From NCBI GenBank assembly GCA_016706225.1, contig JADJKB010000022.1:192689-256688 (forward strand): 64,000 nt of DNA. Reading direction: 5' to 3'. Position numbers and translations under genes: made by a program. This stretch comes from Myxococcales bacterium. GTDB taxonomy: Bacteria > Myxococcota_A > Polyangia > Polyangiales > Polyangiaceae. Position 1 is the first letter of the stretch. Each line of letters opens with the position of its first letter. This document shows positions 53,165 through 61,240 of the stretch, piece after piece. Under the pieces are notes generated by a model. It searched no databases. It worked only from the letters and a program-made list of their open reading frames with translations, and had not been told where the DNA came from.

Positions 53165-55033
53165 TCAAGGGATGATGTACTTCGCGTCATCCTCGAAGCG
53201 CACGTCGTCGATCACCACGTTGGCTCCGGGAGCGTCGCTCGTGTGGAAACCGAGCTCCAGGATCCCGGAGCCGAAGGCGCCGCTCGGCACGGCGACCTGC
53301 TCGACCCGAGACGCCCCGGGCTGAAGCTCGAAGCTGCCCACGGTGGACGAAGCCAACGTGTGGCCGAGGGTCAGCTCCACCCGCGTGCTTCGGTCGGCGT
53401 GCCCGCGCACGAGCACCCGGCTCGCAAACGGCCACTCTGCCGCGAAGATCACCCGGGCCTTCGTCGTGGTCATGCGGGCCGAGGAGCCAACCGCCTCGAA
53501 CCCGTCGCTGACCAGGCGTTTGTCCCCGAGCTGAAACCCCTGTGCGCTGAACTTCAAGGATCGAAAGTCGCGCATGTACCAGTCCGACTGGGTCGCGTCC
53601 CGCCAGCGGTTCGGGTGAACCCGATAGCGCGCGGCAAACGCCAGCGCTGCAGGGTAGACGGCAACGTCGCCGATCTTTTCGTCCACCAGCTGCCACAAGA
53701 GCTTCGAGCTCTCTCCGTACTGCACCGCCTGCGAAGCCCCGCGACAGCACGGGATCACGGCGCGTGTCTGGCCGAGCATGTTGCCCTGAACCAGGAGCGC
53801 AAAGGGCACGGTTGCTCCGACACCCACCAACCACAGCGAGCGCTCGGGTTTGGCCATCAACCACGCGGCGATGCGCTCGACTACCAGCGCGCCGAGCACG
53901 ACGAAGAGCGGCGTCAACGGGGTGAGGCGGCGCGCGCCGAACGTTCCCGACCCGTGCCAGTCGAGCACCGCGGAGTAGAGAAACCCTTCGATGGCGCCGG
54001 CTGCGACCAGCGGCAGGACTAGCGCCCACATCGCACGACGCTTCCAGGCGAACACCAGCCCCACGACCGCGAGCCAGGCAACGGGCGTCGAGTAGAACAG
54101 TCCCCCATGCGGCGCGAACAGCAGCAGGAACGGGTGCGCCTGGGACAAGTGAAGGTACGGGCCGCTCGCCGGGCTCGTGGTGTAGTGCCCGTACATGTAC
54201 TTGTAGAGCATCAAGAGCGGCACCACGCCGAGGGCCGCGCCGGCGGCGAGCACGCCAAGCACGCCCGCCAACTTGCGGATGTCTCTTCGGAAATGAATCA
54301 GCGCAACGGTCAGCGGGAGCAGGCCGTAGATGAGCTGAGGGGGTCGCTGCAAGAGTGCGATCGCGACCGCGAGCGCGGCCACCACCCAGCGCGCCCAGGA
54401 CTCCGGCTTCTCGTGGGCCCGCAGCGACGTGAGCGCGACCAGCGCGACACCAAACGTCGCGTACACGTGAGAGTAGCTGGGCCACAGGCCGGAATACGCG
54501 GCCAGGAGCCCCGCCCAACCGAACAGCGCCGCGCTCACCGCCGCGGCGCCGTCCCCCACGAACCGCCGCGCCAGTCGGTAACAAAGGTAGAGCGAGACCG
54601 CACCCACGACACAGCCGATGGCGAACGCATCACCTGCGAGCGGCCCGCGACACCCGGCGAGTACGTCCGGCCTTGCCCCCGGCGGCAGCTTCACGAACAA
54701 ACGCACCAGGAACAGCGCCGGTGCGAGGAACATCGTCGGACCCAGGTAGTACGGGTTCGCGACATGACCCGTTCCGTGATCTTTGCCGAGTGCGAACGGA
54801 TCACCGCACAGCGCGTAGTCGTTCTTGAAGTCGAAGTCGCCGTCGAACACCAGTGAGCGGGCGTAGAGCCAGATGTAGTGGGGATCGGAGTTGCCCGGAG
54901 CGTCCTTGGCTCGCTCCGCGAACCAGAACCACAGGTAGAGGCCGAGGGCGATCAGGCACACGGCGATCCCCGCCCGCTGATCGCGGGCTGCCTCTCGCAG
55001 GCGCTTCGCCCAATCCCTGGATCCCCCGGTCAT
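53165..55033 (-). CDS. GT-C-fold glycosyltransferase-like membrane protein
   Basis: DPHYIWLYARSLVFDGDFDF in the first loop and LCYRLARRFVGDGAAAVSAALF. About 12 helices plus a beta-rich C-terminal domain of about 200 aa. The ATG at 55033 lies 2 nt after the upstream stop. Confidence 0.6.
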   Translation of the reverse strand: MTGGSRDWAKRLREAARDQRAGIAVCLIALGLYLWFWFAERAKDAPGNSDPHYIWLYARSLVFDGDFDFKNDYALCGDPFALGKDHGTGHVANPYYLGPTMFLAPALFLVRLFVKLPPGARPDVLAGCRGPLAGDAFAIGCVVGAVSLYLCYRLARRFVGDGAAAVSAALFGWAGLLAAYSGLWPSYSHVYATFGVALVALTSLRAHEKPESWARWVVAALAVAIALLQRPPQLIYGLLPLTVALIHFRRDIRKLAGVLGVLAAGAALGVVPLLMLYKYMYGHYTTSPASGPYLHLSQAHPFLLLFAPHGGLFYSTPVAWLAVVGLVFAWKRRAMWALVLPLVAAGAIEGFLYSAVLDWHGSGTFGARRLTPLTPLFVVLGALVVERIAAWLMAKPERSLWLVGVGATVPFALLVQGNMLGQTRAVIPCCRGASQAVQYGESSKLLWQLVDEKIGDVAVYPAALAFAARYRVHPNRWRDATQSDWYMRDFRSLKFSAQGFQLGDKRLVSDGFEAVGSSARMTTTKARVIFAAEWPFASRVLVRGHADRSTRVELTLGHTLASSTVGSFELQPGASRVEQVAVPSGAFGSGILELGFHTSDAPGANVVIDDVRFEDDAKYIIP

Positions 55034-55035
55034 CT

Positions 55036-57342
55036 TCACCACACCGTCGTCAGCACCGTGTGCTCGCCCGGGCTGGGTTTCACCGGCAGAGAAGGGGTGC
55101 CGCGCCGCGCGCCCCACGACCCGTTGTGTTTCTCGGTGCCGGGTCGCGGGCGGATCTCGCTCTCGCTCCGGTAGATCATGCCGGCCTTCCACAGCGGCGT
55201 TGGCATCTCGAACGGCATGCCGGTAGCGCGCAGGCGTGTTGGCAGGTCGATCAACGTCCAGCGCCGGGTCTTGGTCACCTCGGCGCTCAGGTTGAACGTT
55301 GCATCCGGTTCGATGGGGCCGGGCGCCAGGAAATACACGCTGAATCGCCCGCCGATCCCCGGCTGCATCCGCGTGCCGAGCAGTCGAACCCCGCCGCTGA
55401 AGTCGGTCGCAGCGGACTTGTCCAGCTCGTCCACCAGCTCTTGCCGCAGTCGCTCCGCCAGCGCCAGGTCGCCGGACGCGACCGCGGCGTTGTGCGCAAT
55501 GCGACGCTGCTCGAAGGTCTTCGCGGTGCCCGTTGGCACAGCGTTCGGCTCCTGCTTCAGGTGATGCCGAAGCTCCCAGGTAACGAACGGATCGGGGACG
55601 ACCGTGTACATCGGATCGTTACCTTGCCGGAAGTACCACTCGAGCCGGGTCGGCTCGCGCTGCGAGAGTGAGAACCCATCGAGCAGCGCCTTGGGTTTGG
55701 AGCGGTCGGCGATCCAGAACGCCCCCACCGCGCGCACCGCGTAGCTGTCAGCAAGCTTGGTCAAGTCGGTCGCGTAGGCAAAACGCGTGTCGAGCACGAA
55801 GTATTGCGCCTCACCGACCTGAGGCCCCACCGGCACCGCGCCCACGAGGATCGGACGCCTGAGGGCCCAGTCCATGCTCCAACAGGCCTTCATCCCGTCG
55901 TGCAACATGACCGTCGTCCCGCTCTCGAGGTCTCGGCGCAACCACTTGAGCACGGTGATCTTGTCGACATCCTGGTGAATCAGATCACCCCGCTCGTCGA
56001 AGCGTCCGCCGGTGCGGCGCGATTGCACCAACCCGGCGACTCCATCGGGGAACATCGCGATTGGAACACACGCTGTGAACAGGAGCGCAATGGCCGGCGG
56101 CCACAGCATGCCCTGACGCCCGAACCGCCGCACGAGCGCGCGCCCAACGGCCTCGAACGTCCAGGCGAACAGGCCGAGGGAGAATGCGAAGTAGAGCGCG
56201 AAGGGCTGCGGCCAGAAGAAGTGGATGTCCGCGCCCTGCTTGAAGGTGACGTATTGCAGCGCCGCCATGGCGAGCATCGCCAGCGGGAAGATCTCGGCGT
56301 CTTTCCGCAGGAAGAGCAGGCGAAACACGAACAGGGGCAGCGCCGCCTTGCCGATGAAGATCGCCAGCGGCGTGAAGCTCGCGTCGATCCAGTCCGCGCG
56401 GGATTCGAGCACGGCGTCGAGCGCCATGTTGCCGCCGGCGGAGCGGTGCATGCCCTGGGTTAAAAGATTGCCGAGCTGACCAGCCTTCTGAAATGCCACC
56501 AGATAAAAGAGCAAGAGCCCGACTGCCAGTGATGCACCGAGCGCCCACCACTGAGCGAAGCGCCGACGGTCGACGGACGGGTACCAGAAACCGTTGAACA
56601 AGATCCCACGCGGCAGGCCGAACGCGAGCACGACAGCGCTGAAGAAGAAGCCCGGCCAGTCACTGTTCAGCGCGGTGAAAAACCCGAACGCGCTGACCAG
56701 GATCCAGCGCCGACGCCAGGTCTGGGTCATGCGCAGGTAACCCCAGGTCGCAAGCAGCACACCGAACATGACCGGCACTTCGAGGTTGTTGAAGTTGCCG
56801 AACGCCAGCGCAATCGGGGTAACGACGAACCCGAGACACGCGAGGGCACCGGCGACGGGGCCCCAGAGCTGTCGCCCGATGCCGTACACGAGCGGCGCCG
56901 ACAGCGCGCTCATGACGACGGCGGGCAGCCGGCACACGAAGTCCTGGTGCCCGAACAGTTTGACCACGATCGCTGTCGTCCAGAAGATCCCCCACGGGTG
57001 GTTGCAGTAGTAGACGGCAGGCGTCGGCGGGTCCGTCAGGTACATCGCGACGGGCGCGATGATCTTCCACTTCCACATGTTCTCGGCGGCGATGCCGATG
57101 GCGGCGTTGCTCGCCCAGTGGCCGACCGCGATGGGGCCGAACATCTCCCAGGCGACCGCGGCGGTGAACCACAACGAAGCCAAGACGGCGATGACGCGGC
57201 ACACGAGCTCGACTCGCGGATGAGCGACCGCCGGAGCCTCGCTCCGAAGGGCCGACCGCACGCGCGAGAGCACACGCCGCACACGTCCGACCTGAGGCGC
57301 CTCCGGGGGGGCCAATCCCGCCACTATGCCTTCTTTTTGCAT
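55036..57342 (-). CDS. GT-C-fold glycosyltransferase-like membrane protein
   Basis: NHPWGIFWTTAIVVKLFGHQDFVCRLPAVVMSALSAPLVYGIGRQLWG matches the ArnT-family pattern (H-P-x ... F-G ... R-L-P ... Y). A soluble domain of about 300 aa forms the C-terminus. Confidence 0.6.
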   Translation of the reverse strand: MQKEGIVAGLAPPEAPQVGRVRRVLSRVRSALRSEAPAVAHPRVELVCRVIAVLASLWFTAAVAWEMFGPIAVGHWASNAAIGIAAENMWKWKIIAPVAMYLTDPPTPAVYYCNHPWGIFWTTAIVVKLFGHQDFVCRLPAVVMSALSAPLVYGIGRQLWGPVAGALACLGFVVTPIALAFGNFNNLEVPVMFGVLLATWGYLRMTQTWRRRWILVSAFGFFTALNSDWPGFFFSAVVLAFGLPRGILFNGFWYPSVDRRRFAQWWALGASLAVGLLLFYLVAFQKAGQLGNLLTQGMHRSAGGNMALDAVLESRADWIDASFTPLAIFIGKAALPLFVFRLLFLRKDAEIFPLAMLAMAALQYVTFKQGADIHFFWPQPFALYFAFSLGLFAWTFEAVGRALVRRFGRQGMLWPPAIALLFTACVPIAMFPDGVAGLVQSRRTGGRFDERGDLIHQDVDKITVLKWLRRDLESGTTVMLHDGMKACWSMDWALRRPILVGAVPVGPQVGEAQYFVLDTRFAYATDLTKLADSYAVRAVGAFWIADRSKPKALLDGFSLSQREPTRLEWYFRQGNDPMYTVVPDPFVTWELRHHLKQEPNAVPTGTAKTFEQRRIAHNAAVASGDLALAERLRQELVDELDKSAATDFSGGVRLLGTRMQPGIGGRFSVYFLAPGPIEPDATFNLSAEVTKTRRWTLIDLPTRLRATGMPFEMPTPLWKAGMIYRSESEIRPRPGTEKHNGSWGARRGTPSLPVKPSPGEHTVLTTVW

Positions 57343-57431
57343 GAACGACCGCGCAGCCGAGCGGCAGGGTACTACAGAGGAAGCTGGGCTTGTCGCGCCC
57401 GCGCACATTGCTGGATCGCCCGCCGACGCGG

Positions 57432-57440
57432 GGCTAATGA
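57432..57440 (+). promoter_or_regulatory. GGCTAATGA, candidate -10 element 7 nt upstream of the ATG at 57448
   Basis: It shares the GGCTAAT core with the motifs at 15446 and 25191 and has leaderless-type spacing. Confidence 0.2.
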
Positions 57441-57447
57441 AGCCCGG

Positions 57448-59124
57448 ATGGAGCCCGCCCCGGCGTCCGACGCTGACCCCGCTCCGGGCCCCGCCGAGGG
57501 CAGTGGACAGGAGCGCCCACGTTCGACCGGGTTCGCCACCGCCCGCGAGCGGGTCCGCGCTCGGCTCGCACCCTGGGCCGAGTCACTGAGCCGCGCCGAT
57601 TCCCCCGCCTCGCGCGTGCTCCGCGTCGTGGTCTGGACGGTGTGTCTGGCGCTCACCGCCCGCCTGTTCTGGGTGCTCGACCAGATGGCCGTGCACTCCA
57701 TCATTGGCTACGACGAACAGTACTTCCTGTGGTCGGGGTGGAGTGTCACCAAGGGGCTCGCGCCGTACTCCGAGGCCTTCGAGTACAAACCCCCACTCTT
57801 GTTTTATACCCAGGCGCTGGCGCTGAAGCTGCTCGGTTTCGAGCACATGCGCTACCGCTGGTTCTATCTATTTTTTCCCCTGGGCTCGGTGCTCGCCGTT
57901 CAGCTCTCGCTGATGCGGCGAGGCGCCAACGTGCTCGCAACGCTTGGCTTTGCATTGCTCGCCAGCTGGTACTTCACCGACCCGCGTTTCCACGACAATC
58001 ACCTGGGGGACGCCGAATCTATCGCGCTGGCCTACTATTTCCTCGGCTTCGCCTGTCTGCTCGCGCCGTTGCGTAACCGCCGCGTCAGCGACGTGATCGG
58101 CGGCGCGCTGATGGCCTGCGCGGTGCTCTCGAAAGAACCCGTCGCGTTCACGGTGATCGGCACCTGGGCCGCGTGTTTTTTCATGTCGGAGGAGCCGGGC
58201 CGATTCAGCGTGAGAGCCAAGCGCTACGTGGCTCTCACGGGACTGGGAGTGCTCTCGGTCGTGGTCGTGCTCTTGATCTTGATGCTGCCGCGCGGCGCGC
58301 TCAGTGGATACATCGCGCTGGTCAAGAGCTACAGCACCTACAGCGATCCAACCAAGTCGGTCTGCACCGTGCTCGGCCGTTTTCAGCCGACCACCTTCTG
58401 GGCGGATTTGCCCCGACACTGGGACAAACTCAGGGTCGATTTCTTGAACCTCGAAAAAATGGGCCCGGTGGTGCCGTACCTCGCCGCCGCGGCGGTGGCG
58501 CTCGTGCGTCGCTCCCTGGTGGTGAGTGCGCTCTCGTTCTTCGTGTTCGCCGCCGGCTTCTACTCGGTGACGGCGACCGGGTGTTACTGGTCCCACTACT
58601 ACGTGATGACCCTGGCCGGCATCTTCTGTGTCGCGGGCCTCGGCCTCGTTGCCATGCCGTCCGCGGCCATGCCGCGCGCCGTCGGGCTCTGGAGCGGGGT
58701 GATCTTGCTCGCGCTATCGGCCGCCGCGGTCTACCCGCGTTACGAGGTCGAGGCGCCAAAACAGTATCCTTACCAGCCGCTCAACGTGGAGCCGCGCGTG
58801 CTCCAGTTCGTGCTCGCTCACAGCGCCCCTGGCGATCGCATCTGGACTACCGGCGCGCCGGGGCTCTACGTGTTTGCCGACCGCGTGAGCGCGACGCGCC
58901 AGAGCGCCATCTTGGACGACTACCTGGTGCAGTACCCGGGCGACACCGACGAAGAGAAGCTGCGCCCGCTGCGCGAGCAACTCGACCGACACAGGCCCAA
59001 GGTCGTGGTCGTCGATCGGGCGTACCAGGAGCGAAAACGGCGAACCTTCAGCGTGCTCGTGTTCCCGTTCTTGAAGGCTCAGGGTTACCAGGAGCTGGAG
59101 AAGGATCTCTGGGTCAGGCCGTGA
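57448..59124 (+). CDS. GT-C-fold glycosyltransferase (ArnT/PMT_2-like) membrane protein
   Basis: GYDEQYFLWSGWSVTKGLAPYSEAFEYKPPLLFY shows the DE...Y...G...KPPL hallmark of the family. Only the part of the listed ORF from the ATG at 57448 is used. Confidence 0.7.
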   Translation: MEPAPASDADPAPGPAEGSGQERPRSTGFATARERVRARLAPWAESLSRADSPASRVLRVVVWTVCLALTARLFWVLDQMAVHSIIGYDEQYFLWSGWSVTKGLAPYSEAFEYKPPLLFYTQALALKLLGFEHMRYRWFYLFFPLGSVLAVQLSLMRRGANVLATLGFALLASWYFTDPRFHDNHLGDAESIALAYYFLGFACLLAPLRNRRVSDVIGGALMACAVLSKEPVAFTVIGTWAACFFMSEEPGRFSVRAKRYVALTGLGVLSVVVVLLILMLPRGALSGYIALVKSYSTYSDPTKSVCTVLGRFQPTTFWADLPRHWDKLRVDFLNLEKMGPVVPYLAAAAVALVRRSLVVSALSFFVFAAGFYSVTATGCYWSHYYVMTLAGIFCVAGLGLVAMPSAAMPRAVGLWSGVILLALSAAAVYPRYEVEAPKQYPYQPLNVEPRVLQFVLAHSAPGDRIWTTGAPGLYVFADRVSATRQSAILDDYLVQYPGDTDEEKLRPLREQLDRHRPKVVVVDRAYQERKRRTFSVLVFPFLKAQGYQELEKDLWVRP

Positions 59125-59309
59125 GCCGACAGCGGGCGACCTGCGCGAGTAGCCTCGAGCGCTGCAAGGCCGAAGGGCAGCCGCCCGACTTCGGCCTCGA
59201 CGAATGCGTCAGAGTGCTCTCGGCGCTCGACGGCGGCAATCTGGAGTGGGCCAAATCAGCGACCGGTCCCTCCGGCGAGGGATGCCGTCTGATGTTCCCG
59301 GTGTTCTGA
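59121..59309 (+). CDS. candidate small protein (62 aa, 4 Cys) coupled to the GT-C gene
   Basis: The GTG overlaps the upstream TGA (GTGA at 59121-59124). About 82 percent G/C at third positions, counted by hand. No family recognised. Confidence 0.35.
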   Translation: MSRQRATCASSLERCKAEGQPPDFGLDECVRVLSALDGGNLEWAKSATGPSGEGCRLMFPVF

Positions 59310-59348
59310 ACGACGACCCCTCGAAGCAGGCCGCGCCGGCTCGCCGGT

Positions 59349-61229
59349 TCACTTGGGCACGGGCACAACCGTGATCTTGGTCAGCACCGCGGCGTTTCCG
59401 CCGGCGGGGTACGCGTAAGAGGCGTAGCAGTCGAGTCCCCAGACGGTCATGCCGAAAGGCGCCGTGCTGTCGGCAACGTGGCGCCCGTTGACACAGCTGC
59501 CGACTCCCACACCACCGCGCACGAGATCGACCGTGGTCATCTCGTACTGCCCGCTCGTACCGACCGCCTTCCAGCCGCTGACGGCGCCCAAGCAGTCCAC
59601 TTTCACGTCGGCGAACCCAGCTGACCCTTTTCGACGAGTGATGACCAGGTGAGTCGTGCTGTAGGTCGGGTCGGTGAAGAAGACGTACTTCGAAAGAAAC
59701 TGCGTCGGGGGGAGCATCATCACGATCTCTTCGTCCCCGAGCGTCGTGGGCAAGTTGAACGCGGAGCAGTACGCAGCCGACCCGCCCGGTGCGCTGCCGC
59801 TCGGCACGTTGGCCGTGTCCATGAGTTGGGCCGCGGCGAATGGGTGGTCCGCATCTTGGCTCGTGACCCGGAACGAGTCTGTCGCCAAGAAATCTGCAAC
59901 CTGTCCTCGCCCGAGCGCGCTCGGCGCGCCTGACACCGCGGGATCGAAGCTGAGTGTGGTGCCATCGACGGCGCCGACGAAGCGGTAACGAATTGGCTCC
60001 GGCGCAGCGTCCTTTCGCCGTGATGCGAACGGCGCGCCCACGTACTCGCGCCCGAGTGCCGTGACAGCAGAGATCTGCTGATGGGTCGACTCGCCTCCGG
60101 CGCCCGGTGTCGGCTGCTGCCGGTAGAAGCGATTCCCAGTGAACACAGCGATCGGTTTGTCGGCGAGGACGATCGAGCCGGAGACGTCGGAAGTGCCCGG
60201 TGGCAACTCCCACTGCACGTACTGCCCGGCGTTGAGCGATACACTCCCTGGTATGTTCTTGCCGATGGCGGCGACCGCCGAACCGGACGGCAGATCGACG
60301 GAGGGCAGGATGTCCACCTTCGTGCCGTCTTGCTCGGCGAGGATCTGAAGCCAGACCGGGCCCGCAGGCGTGTGGGTCCCCGGTGGAGTGCCGAGGACCA
60401 CGTAGTTCGAACCCCACGCCGACGACGGGAACAGCAGCTCCGCGCTCGGGAAGTGCGACTGTGCTCCACCGAACGGGAGCACGTCGTAGGCGCTCACGGG
60501 AACGTCGGAGCCGATGCGGAACGCGAGCTCTTTGCCGGTGCCATCCAGCATGGTCGAGGCCGCCACCGCGGTCGGCACGGGGCAGTTCATCGGCACGTTG
60601 TTCTCGGGAAATACCGAGGTAGGGTCAGCCGACAAGAAGAGCACCGCGACCTGATCGGCGGGGATCCCCGTCGCTGGCACCGGATTCCAGCTCGTCGGCG
60701 GCTGACCATCGATCGGGATGCGCGCGAACGAGGTGACGTCCAGCGTCGTGCCCCCGCGCGACACAGTGATCTTCGCCGCCTTGGGCCAAGCGTTCGCCAA
60801 CGCAAGCGCAAAACACGGCGGCTTGGTGGTGTAGTAGGCGAGCGGAGTCGGCACGAGGAAGTCGCAGCCGAGATTGCCGTGGCTCGCGCCGGCAGCAGCG
60901 CAGGCCGCGATGCATTTGCCAGCGGCGCAACCCTGGTCCGGTGGACAAGTCTCGACGACCACGCCGTTCGCATCGACGACGGAGCGCAGGTCGGCGCTGC
61001 AACCGAGCACACCGGAGTCGCCCGCGTCGATGACGATCACCGGGCCGTCATTTCCCGAATCGCCGGCAGTCCCACCGCTGCCACCCGAACCCCCGCTCCC
61101 GCCGCCGCCGAGGCCCGCGTCCTTGCTGGGCGTGGTTCCCTCGGAGTCACTGCCACAGGCGCCGGTCAGGACCGTCACCAGCGCGACCGAAATCGCACTG
61201 CGTATTGCCCAGCGAATTGGATCGCGCAT
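59349..61229 (-). CDS. large secreted lipoprotein, unknown function
   Basis: The ATG at 61229 gives MRDPIRWAIRSAISVALVTVLTGAC followed by a GGSGGSGG linker. The mature part is beta-rich. Any resemblance to IgGFc-binding-N-terminal-like domains is a weak recollection only. Confidence 0.65.
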   Translation of the reverse strand: MRDPIRWAIRSAISVALVTVLTGACGSDSEGTTPSKDAGLGGGGSGGSGGSGGTAGDSGNDGPVIVIDAGDSGVLGCSADLRSVVDANGVVVETCPPDQGCAAGKCIAACAAAGASHGNLGCDFLVPTPLAYYTTKPPCFALALANAWPKAAKITVSRGGTTLDVTSFARIPIDGQPPTSWNPVPATGIPADQVAVLFLSADPTSVFPENNVPMNCPVPTAVAASTMLDGTGKELAFRIGSDVPVSAYDVLPFGGAQSHFPSAELLFPSSAWGSNYVVLGTPPGTHTPAGPVWLQILAEQDGTKVDILPSVDLPSGSAVAAIGKNIPGSVSLNAGQYVQWELPPGTSDVSGSIVLADKPIAVFTGNRFYRQQPTPGAGGESTHQQISAVTALGREYVGAPFASRRKDAAPEPIRYRFVGAVDGTTLSFDPAVSGAPSALGRGQVADFLATDSFRVTSQDADHPFAAAQLMDTANVPSGSAPGGSAAYCSAFNLPTTLGDEEIVMMLPPTQFLSKYVFFTDPTYSTTHLVITRRKGSAGFADVKVDCLGAVSGWKAVGTSGQYEMTTVDLVRGGVGVGSCVNGRHVADSTAPFGMTVWGLDCYASYAYPAGGNAAVLTKITVVPVPK

Positions 61230-61240
61230 CTGGCAGCTCC

